A DNA stretch of 64,000 bases from Octopus sinensis (lineage: Eukaryota): positions 7,184 to 71,183 of the forward strand of contig NW_021832235.1 in assembly GCF_006345805.1 (NCBI RefSeq). The letters run 5' to 3'. The notes below the pieces were generated by a model. The model saw nothing but the letters and a program-made list of their open reading frames with translations. It did not search any database and was not told the origin of the DNA. Made by a program: the position numbers and the translations under genes. Below, piece by piece: positions 11,290 to 23,620 of the stretch (the stretch's first letter is position 1; each line of letters begins with the position of its first letter).

Positions 11290-11760
11290 ATCAGACTGTC
11301 ATACTGGAGACATGGAATTGGCAAAGCCGCAGTTGTCTCCCAGAAAATATGTACTATCTTGTCTTCCAATATCATCAGCTTACACACAAAAATCTGGCTC
11401 TACAATAACCAACTTCTACTAAAAGCTTTCTATGTTACTGAGATATGGAAGAATGGACATAAAGTTAGATGTCTTCTATCAAAGGTGCTTCAGAAGGATT
11501 CCGAGAACGTACTGGCAAGACCACGTAACCAATGAAGAAGTTTTAAAGACAGCTGACACAAGAACACTTACCGAAATCATCACGGAACGAAGATTGAAAC
11601 TAGCGGGTCATACACTTCGGGTGCCAAAACAACGCCCATTCTAAAACAGCTTTCAAATGGATACCATCAGAGGGGAAAAGAAAGAGGAGGCCGACAAGTA
11701 CATGGTGCATTCATAAATGACGAGAAAGGCTAATAGTGTATGGGCGGATGTAGAGAAAAC
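11290..11760 (+). mobile_element. RTE-clade LINE 3' coding fragment, degenerate
   Basis: IGKAA..SLHTKIWLYN; KLDVFYQRCFRRI..YWQDHVTNEEVL..RRLKLAGHTLR; W.P..GKRKR. Confidence 0.8.
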
Positions 11761-11974
11761 TGCAGCCAACAGAAACCAATGGTGTCAACTTGGGAGATGG
11801 CTGAGGGTGTTTGTGGGGAGGACACACACAACGAACGACGGTGTAATTGGGGCAGAACTTTAGGGTCTTCTGTATAATCTTGTAGTGCGGTTGGGTGACA
11901 AGTTCAAGGGCTGCCACAGGTGGCACACAGTTTAGCTATGCCATTATTTAAAAGAGATGTGTTTTTTAATTTGT

Positions 11975-12368
11975 TACGTGTTTCAGTCATTGAGCTGCGG
12001 CCATACTGGGGCTACCACCTTAAAGGTTTTTAGTCGAAAAAATCGACACCAGTTCTTACATCTAAAGCCTGGAACTTATTCTATCGTTCTCCTTTTTCGA
12101 ACCGTTAAGCTACGGGTGGCATAAATAAACCAATTCCAGCTCTCAAGGAGTTGGAGAGGAACAACACACACATACACACATTCACACACATATACACACA
12201 CACTGACACACACACGCACTTCCATACAACGTTTACCAAATCATTCATAAGGCTTTGATCAGTTCGAGAAATTAGTGGAAGACATTTGTCCAAGGAACCG
12301 CCCGTGCAGTGAGACTGAAACCCGAAACCACCTGGTTGCAAAGCGACCTTCTTAACCACACAGCCACA
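11975..12368 (-). mobile_element. SINE family A (tRNA head + CORE-like domain, internal microsatellite), diverged
   Basis: Reverse complement of the family best represented at 63433-63856. Confidence 0.8.
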
Positions 12369-12971
12369 TTTTCACCTATATATTGTATGTATATATGTAT
12401 GTATGTACATACGAATGTATGAACGTATGCACATACGTATGTATGTACGTATCTACGTATATAAATATGTATCTACGTATCTACGTATATATGTACATAT
12501 GTACGTACGTATGTATGTATGTATATATATGTATATATATGTATGTATTTATATGTATGTATATATGTATGTATGTTCTTTAAGAAAAAATTGAAAGGCT
12601 TAGTAACAGAAGGAAGTCCAGCGCCGAAGGCGAGTTTCATGTCATCAGAGAATGATGGTAAGAAAACAGGAAGCCATCCTCAGACGAGAGATCAAACCAA
12701 ATTCTTGCAACAGACTCAACGTCACGTCAGATCTACTTAAGAATTACATGAAGTTTTGTTGTGTCTAGAGAGAGACATTACGCCAATAAACGAACTCGCT
12801 TGTTTTTTTCATTTGTATTCACGAATTCACATAGAGACTCTTTCAAATCAAATACAAAAACGAATTTACGTAAAGGATACACAAGTATGTTGTCCAGATG
12901 ATCGAACAAGTGGACGAAAATAGATCGAAATTTACACGAAAGCCAGATCAATTGGTAGAGGTTTCGTCATT

Positions 12972-13020
<49 letters not shown>

Positions 13021-13246
13021 TTCCCTCTCTCTCTCTCTCATGCAGAAATTACGATGGCGTGTGGCAGTAAGTTATCCTCAAAGCCTGGTCAAATTGTTGC
13101 AACGCTAAAGGAATCGAAGGTTTAAGGCAGTGGTGTTAGACTAGTAGATGGATGAACTCCACTACCCAATACCAGGAATGATCCCTTTGTTCTGCCGCGC
13201 TTTTATCGGGTTTCCGTCAACTAAATTTTGTTCATAAGGTTTAAAT

Positions 13247-13548
13247 CAGGGTTTCTTAACCGTTTTTTTTTTTTATCTAAGGACCCCTTTGATTACTATT
13301 TTATTCTGGTGGAGACCATCACCATTTGATGTTTGAAAACTAATTCTATAGAAACTTCTTTCAAAATTCCTATATTGTTTATCACACATACGGAAAGAAA
13401 CCAACACACATACACCTAAAGCAAATTGTTTTTCAGGGCCCTTAAAATACTATTGTGGATCCCTAATTTACTATTTTCTTGTGTGGACTCCCAAAACTCT
13501 TATATATGGACCTTCAAGGGCCATATGGACCCCGGTTGAGAACCACTA
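13247..13548. mobile_element. hAT (Charlie-like) MITE, 302 bp, nested in a degenerate SINE-A
   Basis: TIRs cagggtttcttaacc and ggttgagaaccacta; exact 8-bp TSD gtttaaat (13239-13246, 13549-13556); repeated ggacc/ggaccc motifs inside. Confidence 0.88.
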
Positions 13549-13973
13549 GTTTAAATTAACCGGGCTAAGATATATAACGCTTGACCAAGATGCTGTGCAG
13601 TAGGATCGAACTAAAGATCACGGATTTGAAAATTGGACTTATTTATCATATACACCCATAAACCGAACCCATGTTCTAAAACGTGTGCGTGCGAGAGCGG
13701 GAGTGTACGAAAAACTAAAGCGTTAAATACAAGTTTGTAATGAGTGTATATATATGTATGTGGCTGCATGATGACTTATGTATAATAAATGTATGTGTAT
13801 ACGTATTGAGAAATATGTTTTAATGAGCGAGAGAGAGAGAGAGAGAGAGAGAGAGTGTACATACATGTACACGAGTGTATTTCTTTGTGTGTATATAATT
13901 GTTCCACTCCTCTGTTAATCTATATCGTGTATTTGAACGTGCGTTATACATTCACCCCATCTTTCTCTTTCTG

Positions 13974-14057
<84 letters not shown>

Positions 14058-14995
14058 TAGATAGATAGATAGATAGATATAGGTAGATAGATAGATAGAT
14101 AGATAGATACATACATACATACATACATACATACGTACAAACATACATACATACATACATACATACATACATACATACATACATACATACATACATACAT
14201 AAAACACCATAATATATATGAATTCATGTACAAATGCATTTATGTGCCCTTATATTTGGTATTAAGAAAAACATGAATACAGGTTCGTATATATATCTAT
14301 ATATATACGTGTGTGTGTGTGTGTAATATATATATATATATAGCGAGAGACAGAGACAGATAGACAAACAGACAGACCGACAGACCTGGAACGAGAGGTA
14401 AAGGCTCACCTGTAATAATATCATAAAAGCAAACTTCACCTTTCTACTCGTTTACATATGTCCTCTGTCACCAACAGTTCACCAGTAACTCGGAGTAACA
14501 GCCCTGTACAACTCTCCTAACGGGAAATGAATGACAGCAACCTCTAGTCTGGTAACAGTGTACACACAAATACACACATACAGTCCAAGTGTCACTAACA
14601 GCCACTTACTTTTACTAAATAAACTATATCGTTCGCTTCCTACTGAACAAATAACACAGCAAGAGACAGAGAGTGATTGTAAACATAAACGATTTCATTG
14701 GTTGATTTTCCCATTCGTCGTTGTTGTCGTTCATTTTGTATTTATGTATTTATTTTTATCTCTATTTGTTCTTATTTGTTTCTTTTCATGTATATATTTC
14801 CCTTTTAATTTACTTTTTATGTTTTTGTTTTTATGATTTTCGTATTTTATTTTATTGAACCATCAGGGTGTCTGACATAAGGCAATTTTACTATATTTAC
14901 TTGCAGTCCTTTACCTTCTGGGTTCAAATCTCACCAAAGTCGATTTAACATTTCGTTCCTTCGGGGTTATTTTAATAGACTGAAGCCTCGTTCAA

Positions 14996-15024
14996 ATAAT
15001 AATAATAATATAATAATAATAATA

Positions 15025-15095
<71 letters not shown>

Positions 15096-15103
15096 TAATA
15101 ATA
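14996..15103. repeat. (TAA)n microsatellite
   Basis: Direct inspection. Confidence 0.95.
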
Positions 15104-16254
15104 CCAGGCAGTGGCTCTCATGGCTTCTGATCTTAACTGATTGGAAGTGTTATCATGTACATTGTTTTGTCTTGGTATAAAAGATGGGCTACAGCAAATA
15201 TTCTGCTCAGTACCACAGATTTGCTTGTCAGTTGTTTGACCTTAACCAGTTGAGCATGTCCCTAAGTGGCTGACGATATGTGCATCTCTGATCACGAGCA
15301 GAAGTAGTGGGGGAGCATCATAGCCGTGTGTTGAGAGGGATTCTTAGAGTTTTGGATAATTCACCTTTAGAAACATAGGTGGTTCGTTCAACATCCTTAA
15401 ACAACCCTTATTCAGGGACCTTTTGAGCGGGATGGGTTACTTGACCAGAAGAAAATTTTAATTGGGCCCCACCTCAAGGTCATGTGCTGTTTATCTTGAT
15501 ATGAGATCACCACGTCGCGAACATATGGTTGTGATGCATGTGCCTGGTGTACCCTTATCAGACGGGTAGTCACGATGGGTATACTGGGATTCGTATATTT
15601 GTACCCCAGTGTTACTTTGATGGCATGCACTGTTCTCTCACACAATAATAAAGTTTTGGTATCAAAACTTTCGTTGCACCAATTGCAACTTGTTCCCCGA
15701 CAAAGTTCAGCTGCATCTAATTTGGGTGAAGTTGTTGTTTGGTACATACACAGCTTTCAGAATTATAAAAAATATCTTTATCTATGTAGGTTAGTTGTTC
15801 TGATTGTCCTTGCCTGGTGCTAGTTGTTGGTATGTTAGCGTGGTATTTCGTTGTAATTCACAAGCCTTCTCTTTACATTTCTATGTTAACATTTTATAGT
15901 TCGATTATAGTTCGTGCTTCTCTCTGATCCTCTAGGTATGTGTGTGGAAATGACATTACGATTTTCATGTTTTGTTAAAGACGCTAATGGCACACGTGAA
16001 GTGAATGGTGTGATTGGTTTTAACTGTGAATAGAATATGGCCAACAATCGATTACTCTGTTACGACTCTCGTCAATAACTATAACAGTATTAAAAGTAAC
16101 AACAATAACAATACTGGTTTCTAAATTTCGTAACAGATATTTTGTTACAAATATGTTGTGGGTGAGTTTTGTTCATTTGATTCAGATCAGTTCATAATTA
16201 ATACATGTAAACTTTGGAGGCCTCGGTGTCGACTTCGGTGGATTATCTTCCTTA

Positions 16255-16420
16255 AGGCCTTTTGCTCTCTGTGGAGCATAGTCATCAACGATTTTTTCCT
16301 CCACTGACCTCGACTATGGATTGTCTTTCTTGCTGCTTTCTAGTTGGACCCTTGTTTCTTGCAGCTTGCTTTCAGCTTTTGCAGCGCCGTGTTATATGCT
16401 TTCTCTCTCCGTCGTTATTG
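16255..16420 (-). mobile_element. Possible RTE-type LINE extreme 3' end
   Basis: Minus strand reads ..SRSVEEK..ctatgctccacagagagc (LCSTES), resembling RTE C-termini; weak. Confidence 0.3.
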
Positions 16421-16812
16421 GTTTTGAATTCTCATCGATACATTCCATAACATTGCTTTCTTTTAAGGTCAGTCACTGTGTATGCGAATAAAAACCCGAA
16501 ATTAGGGGAATGGAGTAGATAAACCTATCTTTTGGCGATAGGTTTAGCTTCATGTATTTCCCATTTCCATGTCTTCCACACAACGTTCAGAAAATTCAGA
16601 ACAAACAGTAATATGTAAAACCCAAGGATCAAGCAACCCCCAGCTGCTCACTGTACACTATAAAATAAATCTTATCAGCTTATCGAACTTCGATATGTGA
16701 AAATTTAAAACCTTCTAGGTCAACAAACCTTGAGGCTGCTTTTCATACCGTCTATAGACTGCTCGAAGATTACTAACTTCCTACACTTTGATCCTCGGAT
16801 GGATCTAGCCTT

Positions 16813-16866
<54 letters not shown>

Positions 16867-16868
<2 letters not shown>

Positions 16869-17002
16869 CGCAGGCGTAACTGTATGGTAAGAAGTTTGCT
16901 TCTCAGCCACATGGTTCCGGGTTCAGTCCCATTGTGGGGCATGCTGGAAAAATGTCTTCTGCTATTTCCTCGGACCAACCGAAAGCATTGTCGTATGCGT
17001 GT

Positions 17003-17049
<47 letters not shown>

Positions 17050-17200
17050 TGTGTGTGCGTGTGTGTGTGTTTGTGTTTGTTCTCCACCACTGCTGGACAA
17101 CCGGTGTTGGTTTATGTACTTCTCCGTATCTTAACGGTTCGGCAAAAGAGACCGATATCAGTTCCAGACTTCAGAATATAAGTCCTGGGGGTCAACGCGA
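16867..17200 (+). mobile_element. SINE family A with internal (TG)n
   Basis: ggcgcagg..ggttcagtccca head, CORE-like segment, cggttcggcaaaagagaccgat. Confidence 0.85.
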
Positions 17201-17414
17201 TGTCCCAGCATTGCCTATCTTTTATCTTTTACCTGTTTCGGTCATGATCCCGAGATCATGCTGGGGCACTACGGTCTCTCTCTATATATATATATTTAAC
17301 TACATTCTGCATGGTGCGTTTAACTCTGACGTAATACTCTCCATCTTGTGCGCTCCTGTCGTGCCTTCATTTTCCTTCCTACTGAAAGGATAAAGCAATT
17401 GTCTTTTCAGTCTT

Positions 17415-17800
17415 TTTCTTGCATTTGGCGGTGAACTGGCAGAAACGTTAGCACGCCGGGCGAAATGCGTAGCCGTATTTCGTCTGCCGTTACGTTCTGA
17501 GTTCAAATTCCGCCAAGGTCGACTTTGCCTTTCATCCTTTCGGAGTCGATAAATTACGTAATCGACTTAATCCGTTTGTCTGTCCTTGTTTGTCCCCTCT
17601 GTGTTTAGCCCCTGTGGGTAGTAAAGAAATAGGTATTACGTTTGCCTTTATGTTCTGAGTTCAAACTCCACCGAGGTTGACTTTGTTTTTCATTCTTTCG
17701 GGGTCTATAAATTAAATACCATTTGCGTACTGGGTTCGATCTAGTTGTCTCGCACCCTCCCGCCAAATGTCGGGCCTTGTGCTTAGAGTAGAAAAGATTC
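17415..17800 (+). mobile_element. Two tandem SINE-B copies, the first with a LINE-like tail (..cccctgtgggtagtaaagaaat)
   Basis: ttacgttctgagttcaaattccgcc..ggtcgactttgcctttcatcc appears twice. Confidence 0.85.
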
Positions 17801-18182
17801 TTCTTGCATTGACTGATTTGAAAGGACAACTCACTGATTTGAACACGACAATATGTCGTAACTTAAAGTGACGCACATATAGACATTAACAGATTAAAAC
17901 AAACATATACACACACGCAAACACGCGCGCGCAAATATAAACAAAAACATCACTGCATGCACCGATACATACAGCTGTATAAGTTCACGTATATAGTGAA
18001 AGCAAAAGACCACAAAACAGGTCTTCATATAAAACGTATAACTTATTGTAGGTGTGAGCATTGATATAGGTGAGAATGCGTGTGTGCGTGTGTGTGTCTG
18101 TTTGTATGCGTAAGTATATATAAATATAAAACAACATATATACTCTCACAGACATACACAAGCGCGTACACACATACACACA

Positions 18183-18585
18183 TCTTTATATATAAAAGTG
18201 AGGTTGTGTGAGTGTCTGTCCCCTACGATTTAGATTCCTAACTACTCCCACATTTTGCGGTGCAGTTTAACCAAAACCGGGCATCTTATAGTCATGATTC
18301 ATATCGAGCCCTTCTGGGTATTAGCGCGCGTCTACGATGAGTCTACGATTTAAAAAAAAATTTACCATCATTTTTTTCCATTTTAATGCATTTTTTTCGC
18401 TATTATATAAAGGAAGTAACTCTCTAAAAATGTCTACGATGAGTCAACGATTTTTAAAAAAAATTACCATAATTTTTTTTCCATTTTTAATGCATGTTTT
18501 TGCTATTTTTTGGCTATAACTCTCTAAAAATGCTTATATAGTTATTTCCCTTACAAACCCGAGCAACGCCGGGCGATACTGCTAG
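18183..18585 (+). mobile_element. Non-autonomous Helitron, 403 bp
   Basis: 5' TC after A; 3' hairpin cccgagcaacgccggg then CTAG before T; internal ~100-bp duplication; second copy at 44223-44619. Confidence 0.88.
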
Positions 18586-18879
18586 TATATATAAACGATA
18601 CATTTGACAAATCCGATAAAAAGTACATAAAATATAGTATAGGCCATAATTATAATTATGTGATTTTCTGTCGTGATCACTCGAAATATGAATCCAGTTT
18701 ATATGGTGAGCTCTCGCATTGCAACCAACAGATGAGGGTTCCGTGTTTCCTTTCTGAACAACACGTACAAATGATTTGTTTATTACGACCGAAATGTATG
18801 GCTGTGCATCATCTCACTCCCTCCAACAAATCGGCAATGCCTGTAGAGGTGCACTGTGTGCCACGGGTCATATGTCGAA

Positions 18880-19005
18880 GACATCGCAGAGCAACGTGGA
18901 AGGAAGTGTTTTTGCTTAAGAAAAAAAGACCTTACAACCGCAATGTCTGGGAATCGAAATCACGATCTAGCGGTCGTGAGTGCAAAGCTCTTACCACTAG
19001 GTCAC
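18880..19005 (-). mobile_element. tRNA-derived SINE 5' fragment
   Basis: Minus: gacctagtggtaagag..gatttcgattcccagac. Confidence 0.6.
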
Positions 19006-19017
19006 AGTATATATATA

Positions 19018-19506
19018 TGTTCGAAGGTTATAATGGACACTGTTTGTGTGTCAAATAGCTATCTTAAGGCGATGTCCTCATGGAGCTAATCAGCGACAGC
19101 TTTTAGTCTTATATCTATAAGACTGCCATATTAATATGGCGATAACAATTAATTTCCAGTAACGCTGCCGTAATCTCTTTTAGAGAGACTTAGTAATTTT
19201 AATATTTCTATTATTGAAAACAAGTGGATGTATTCCACCGAAACTAGGTAAATAAAACCTTCGAACAGAGACGATCAGTGGCGACACCTGCTGGGTCGAG
19301 TACGCTACATTGACAAAGGGCAAATACCCTGAAACGCGTCTGTAGCTGTCTGACTGGCGTGTGAAGCGGCTGACCTCTCTTGTTCGAAGGTTATAATGGA
19401 CACAGTTTGTGTCAAATAGCTATCTTAAGGCGATGGCCTCATGGAGCTAATCAGCGACAGCTTTTAGCTATATCTATAAGACTGCCTATTAATATGGCGA
19501 TAACAA

Positions 19507-19511
<5 letters not shown>
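19018..19511 (+). mobile_element. Retrozyme-like unit: ~133-bp terminal direct repeats (period 363 bp) enclosing a hammerhead, flanked by (TA)n
   Basis: 19018-19153 matches 19381-19511; no ORF; hammerhead at 19304-19346. Confidence 0.7.
19304..19346 (+). ncRNA. Minimal type-I hammerhead ribozyme, U3-A8 core variant (family 2)
   Basis: gctaca TTGACAA aggg-caaata-ccct GAAA cgcg TC tgtagc: 6-bp stem I, 4-bp stem II, palindromic stem III (acgcgt), GUC cleavage triplet. Confidence 0.8.
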
Positions 19512-19573
<62 letters not shown>

Positions 19574-20411
19574 TATATACTGTGTATATATATAAATATA
19601 TGGGGAAATATATGTGTGTATATATATGCGTATATATGGGGAAAATATATGTGTGTAGGTGCGTATATATATGCATTTAGATATACTGTATGCATATTCA
19701 TGTGACGATATATACTTATGCACAAATGTATGTGTGTATATTTAGAAGCACAAGCGTTCATCTTGTGTGTACCTGCATTAATTTTATCGATATTTCTGCT
19801 GCTCAATATTTCTACTAAACACCTTTGCAACAGTAAACGAACGTGCACGCACGCACATGCACGCACACACATACGCGCGCGCACGCAAACACATACACAC
19901 ACACACACACAAACATTCACATACATGGACGCCCAAATACGCCGTATATTCACATTTAAAAGCGCTGACTATCCGTCAGATTGCATCCATGTATGTTTGT
20001 GTATACATGCAATACATACATACATACACACACACACATATATATGCATGCATACCTAAATATATACACACACATATATATATACATATGTCTATATATA
20101 TATATATACGTATATATGTATATATGTGTATATATAGGTATATATATGTTATATATGTATATATGTATCTATATGATATATATATTTACATGTATATATA
20201 TATAAACATATATATAATATATATATACGTATATATATATATATATTATATATATATATATCTATATTATATATACATACGTATATATATATATTCACCT
20301 ATATATGTATATTACATACATATATGTGTATGTATGTATGTATATATATATATATATATAATATATATATATATATATGTATGTATGTATGTATATATAT
20401 ATATATGTATG

Positions 20412-20442
<31 letters not shown>

Positions 20443-21006
20443 TGGTATTATTAAGTAGTTATAAAATGTATGTAGTGTATGTAGAAAGCAGATTGGGGAG
20501 AAACCCCTAAATAATCTAACCCCTCCCATCTCTAGCGCCATGTCACTTCCCACCACCCCTTCCCTTGAGAAACACAACAGTCGTGTAAGGCTGAAGCAGG
20601 ATTTGTTTCTACATGTCTGGTTGGCAGAACTGTGTGGGTCACAACACTGGGGCTGATTCCATTTTCTTAATTGCCAACTACTGTTTCTCTCTCACACCAC
20701 ACACACACCCGCGTATGGCATACCCAAACATACGCATACCCAAACATACATGCACACACATAAACACACTCACACACACGCACACGCACACAGACACATG
20801 CCCATTCACTTACAAGCGGTCATATACACGCATACACATGCATACTTATATAAGCAAGCATATATAAATGTTCGTGTCTGTATGTATATATATATATATA
20901 CACACACATATATAATATAATATACATATATATATAGGAATGTATGTATGTATATATGTAAATGTGTGTATATATATGTATATGTGTATATATATATTAT
21001 ATGTTA

Positions 21007-21037
<31 letters not shown>

Positions 21038-21067
21038 CATATATGTATGTTTGTGTGTGTGTCTATG

Positions 21068-21113
<46 letters not shown>

Positions 21114-21367
21114 CAAATATACATAATATGTGTATATATAAAGATGTCTAAATATATATATGTGGGTGGTGTTATAGATATATATCTATATATCTATACA
21201 TATGTCTATCTATCTATCTATCTCTCTATCAATCTATTTACATATATATATATATATTATATATATAGAGAGATTAGAGAGAGAGAGAGAGAGAGAGGGA
21301 CCAAAGTGTACGTACACCGCTATATATATATATATATATTATATATATATATATATATGTATATATA

Positions 21368-21404
<37 letters not shown>

Positions 21405-21405
<1 letters not shown>

Positions 21406-21568
21406 GGAGTAAACACATAAATGTGAAACAAGGTGGAAAAAAGAGTACTCAAATACCAGTGGTAGAGTAATATGGTTTATTTAAAGCAGCAGAAACTGTC
21501 CGATGAACGGCAACGTGAAACTCAGAGTAACAGGTTTTACTGAATTTTCTGCTGCTTTAAATAAAGTA
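21405..21568. mobile_element. Small TA-embedded element with inverted end and hammerhead (family 3)
   Basis: Arms tttatttaaagcagcagaaa and tttctgctgctttaaataaa; homologous to 43238-43466. Confidence 0.7.
21496..21533 (+). ncRNA. Candidate minimal type-I hammerhead, CCGAUGA core (family 3)
   Basis: ctgt CCGATGA acg-gcaa-cgt GAAA ctc-a-gag TA acag. Confidence 0.65.
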
Positions 21569-21587
21569 TATATATATATACATATAC

Positions 21588-21640
<53 letters not shown>

Positions 21641-21660
21641 TATATAATATATATATATAT

Positions 21661-22140
21661 AGAATACCAAATGGGACAAGAACGCAAACGCAAAACATCC
21701 GGTCTCAGCGAGATGATACAAAAAGGGACAACAAAACATCCCGATATACGTTACAAAGAAAACAAGGACGGGTCATTCGAAGTTTTCTTTCCTCAGTCAA
21801 GCATCAGATTATCCTCGCAATTTCGGCTGATTATTCTTGAGATTGCTCCAATCTGGCCATTCCCAAGGAAAAACTAAGCTAAGAGCATAAATTCCTTGGA
21901 AGACAGCAGCGAATGTATCCCAAAACAAGGATGGAAAAAACGGACAATGTTACACATATAAATACAATAAAAAATACGATAAAGATAATAAGAGGACATA
22001 ACAACAGGTGTCTTTCGACTAAGGACGAATTGAATTAAGCTGGCGCGTGTGGAAATGAAGCCTTACGGCAGAGATACAAGAGTTTCACAAACGCAGGGAA
22101 GAATATCGATGTTGCACGGACAATGGTCAGACCAAGAAAG
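21661..22140. repeat. Unclassified interspersed repeat abutting (TA)n; start also seen at 63920-64000
   Basis: tgggacaagaacgcaaaacat..ttcgaag..tcagtca is present in both places. Confidence 0.55.
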
Positions 22141-22157
22141 AAAGAGCATGTTTGGGG

Positions 22158-22352
22158 AGAGAAGAGAAAGAGAAGTAGATGCAGAGGGACAGAAGAATTA
22201 GGGAGGGGGAAGAGAAGAGAGAGAGGTAGAAGCAGAGAGACAGAAGAATTAGGGAGGGGAAGAGAAGAGAGTGAAGTAGATGCAGAGGGACAGAAGAATT
22301 AGGGAGGGGGAAGAGAAGAGAGTGAAGTAGAAGCAGAGAGACAGAAGAATTA
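22158..22352. repeat. Purine-rich ~51-bp minisatellite, 4 units, alternating A-B-A-B
   Basis: agaagaatta at 22191, 22242, 22292, 22343; gatgcagaggg alternates with gaagcagagag. Confidence 0.9.
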
Positions 22353-22905
22353 AGGATATGAATCAAACTGTTACAGTGGACATCCAAGCATGACATTCTC
22401 TCGTTAATTTATCGGGTATTTTCTACAGGGAGCCATTGTTGCTCGTTATAATATGGTATACGAAAAATATAGAACAAAAAAGAAAAGAAGCGTTACACAA
22501 TAAAATGCAAATCGGAAATCAATACAGAGATACAAGCCCTGAAACCTGCCAAAACTTATTGTTGTACATATTTTTTAATCCGTCGCTGATGATTTTATCG
22601 CTTATGGTAGTGTTCTTATGATTCTTTGCTGCCTACTGTAAAGTTCGCCAATAACTTGCCATTATTGCCGTTGCTTCGTTCTGCTAATGAAGCTGAGAAT
22701 GCATCGAAACGATAATGAATGAATTGATTTGGGTATTTTGTTGCTCTGAATGAAACATAAAGGACGAATGGAGGAAATATGAAAAATTGTCAATAAAAAA
22801 AAAGGCTCGGCTCGAACATAGTGGTAACATTAATATAAACGCGCGCGCCCCCACTCACACGTACACACACACAAACACATGTGCACTCACACACACGCAT
22901 ATGCG

Positions 22906-22936
<31 letters not shown>

Positions 22937-22984
22937 TGTGTTGTTTTTGTATTTATTTTGCAAGTTTCTTGAGGTGAATGCACG

Positions 22985-23438
22985 TGTTGAAACATATTCT
23001 GCTGTATCTTGGGAGGGTCGTTATACTAATAATAACCTCACGCACTGGTTCTAGTTCACTTCCTTATATTTTTATGTCAATCGATTACCTATTTAACCAT
23101 TCAACTAATCATTTGTTTGATTAGTCTTTCGGTCAATCAATCAATGATCTAAGTTTGTCAAAGTCCGTTCGTCGCCGTTCGCGACATCACCAACGACATG
23201 CTCTCTTTGCTCCGGATCTGCTTCATATACACACAGTTAGTTCCATACAATGAATTGCTAAGAATGTACAATATGCTTCGCTCTTAGTTGTAAGAGCGAA
23301 ACAAATTGCACCCTTATGCACTCGTAGCAATCGAGTGCGTTTTGTATTATTATACTCTGCAAACATTGCGTTTAGTTTTGTAATATGTGCAATTTGAGTT
23401 GATGTTATACGTGGGCCGGAATAACACCAATTGTTACA
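22985..23438 (-). mobile_element. Solo-LTR-like element (TGT...ACA termini), related to 45400-45720
   Basis: TG..CA ends; shares ataaggaagtg..gaaccagtg..ttattatt..gaccctccc and ctttgacaaact with the 45.5-kb copy; no TSD found. Confidence 0.4.
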
Positions 23439-23515
23439 TGTACGTATGTATGTATGTATGCATGCATGTATATATATATATATATAATATATATATATAT
23501 ATATGTATGTATATT

Positions 23516-23612
<97 letters not shown>

Positions 23613-23620
23613 TATATATA

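Noticed and set aside
14411-14510. Possible minus-strand exon (ESCTGLLLRVTGELLVTEDICKRVE)
   Set aside because: The strong donor is out of frame, the in-frame donor is weak and there is no recognisable homology
21770-21825. CTGAGGA..TTCGAA motif on minus (also CTGAAGA..TTCGAAA at 63966-63995)
   Set aside because: Hammerhead-like words, but stems II and III cannot be built without extra unpaired bases and there is no UH site
22158-22352. CRISPR-like spaced repeats
   Set aside because: Units are contiguous near-identical tandem repeats with no unique spacers and no cas genes; eukaryotic context
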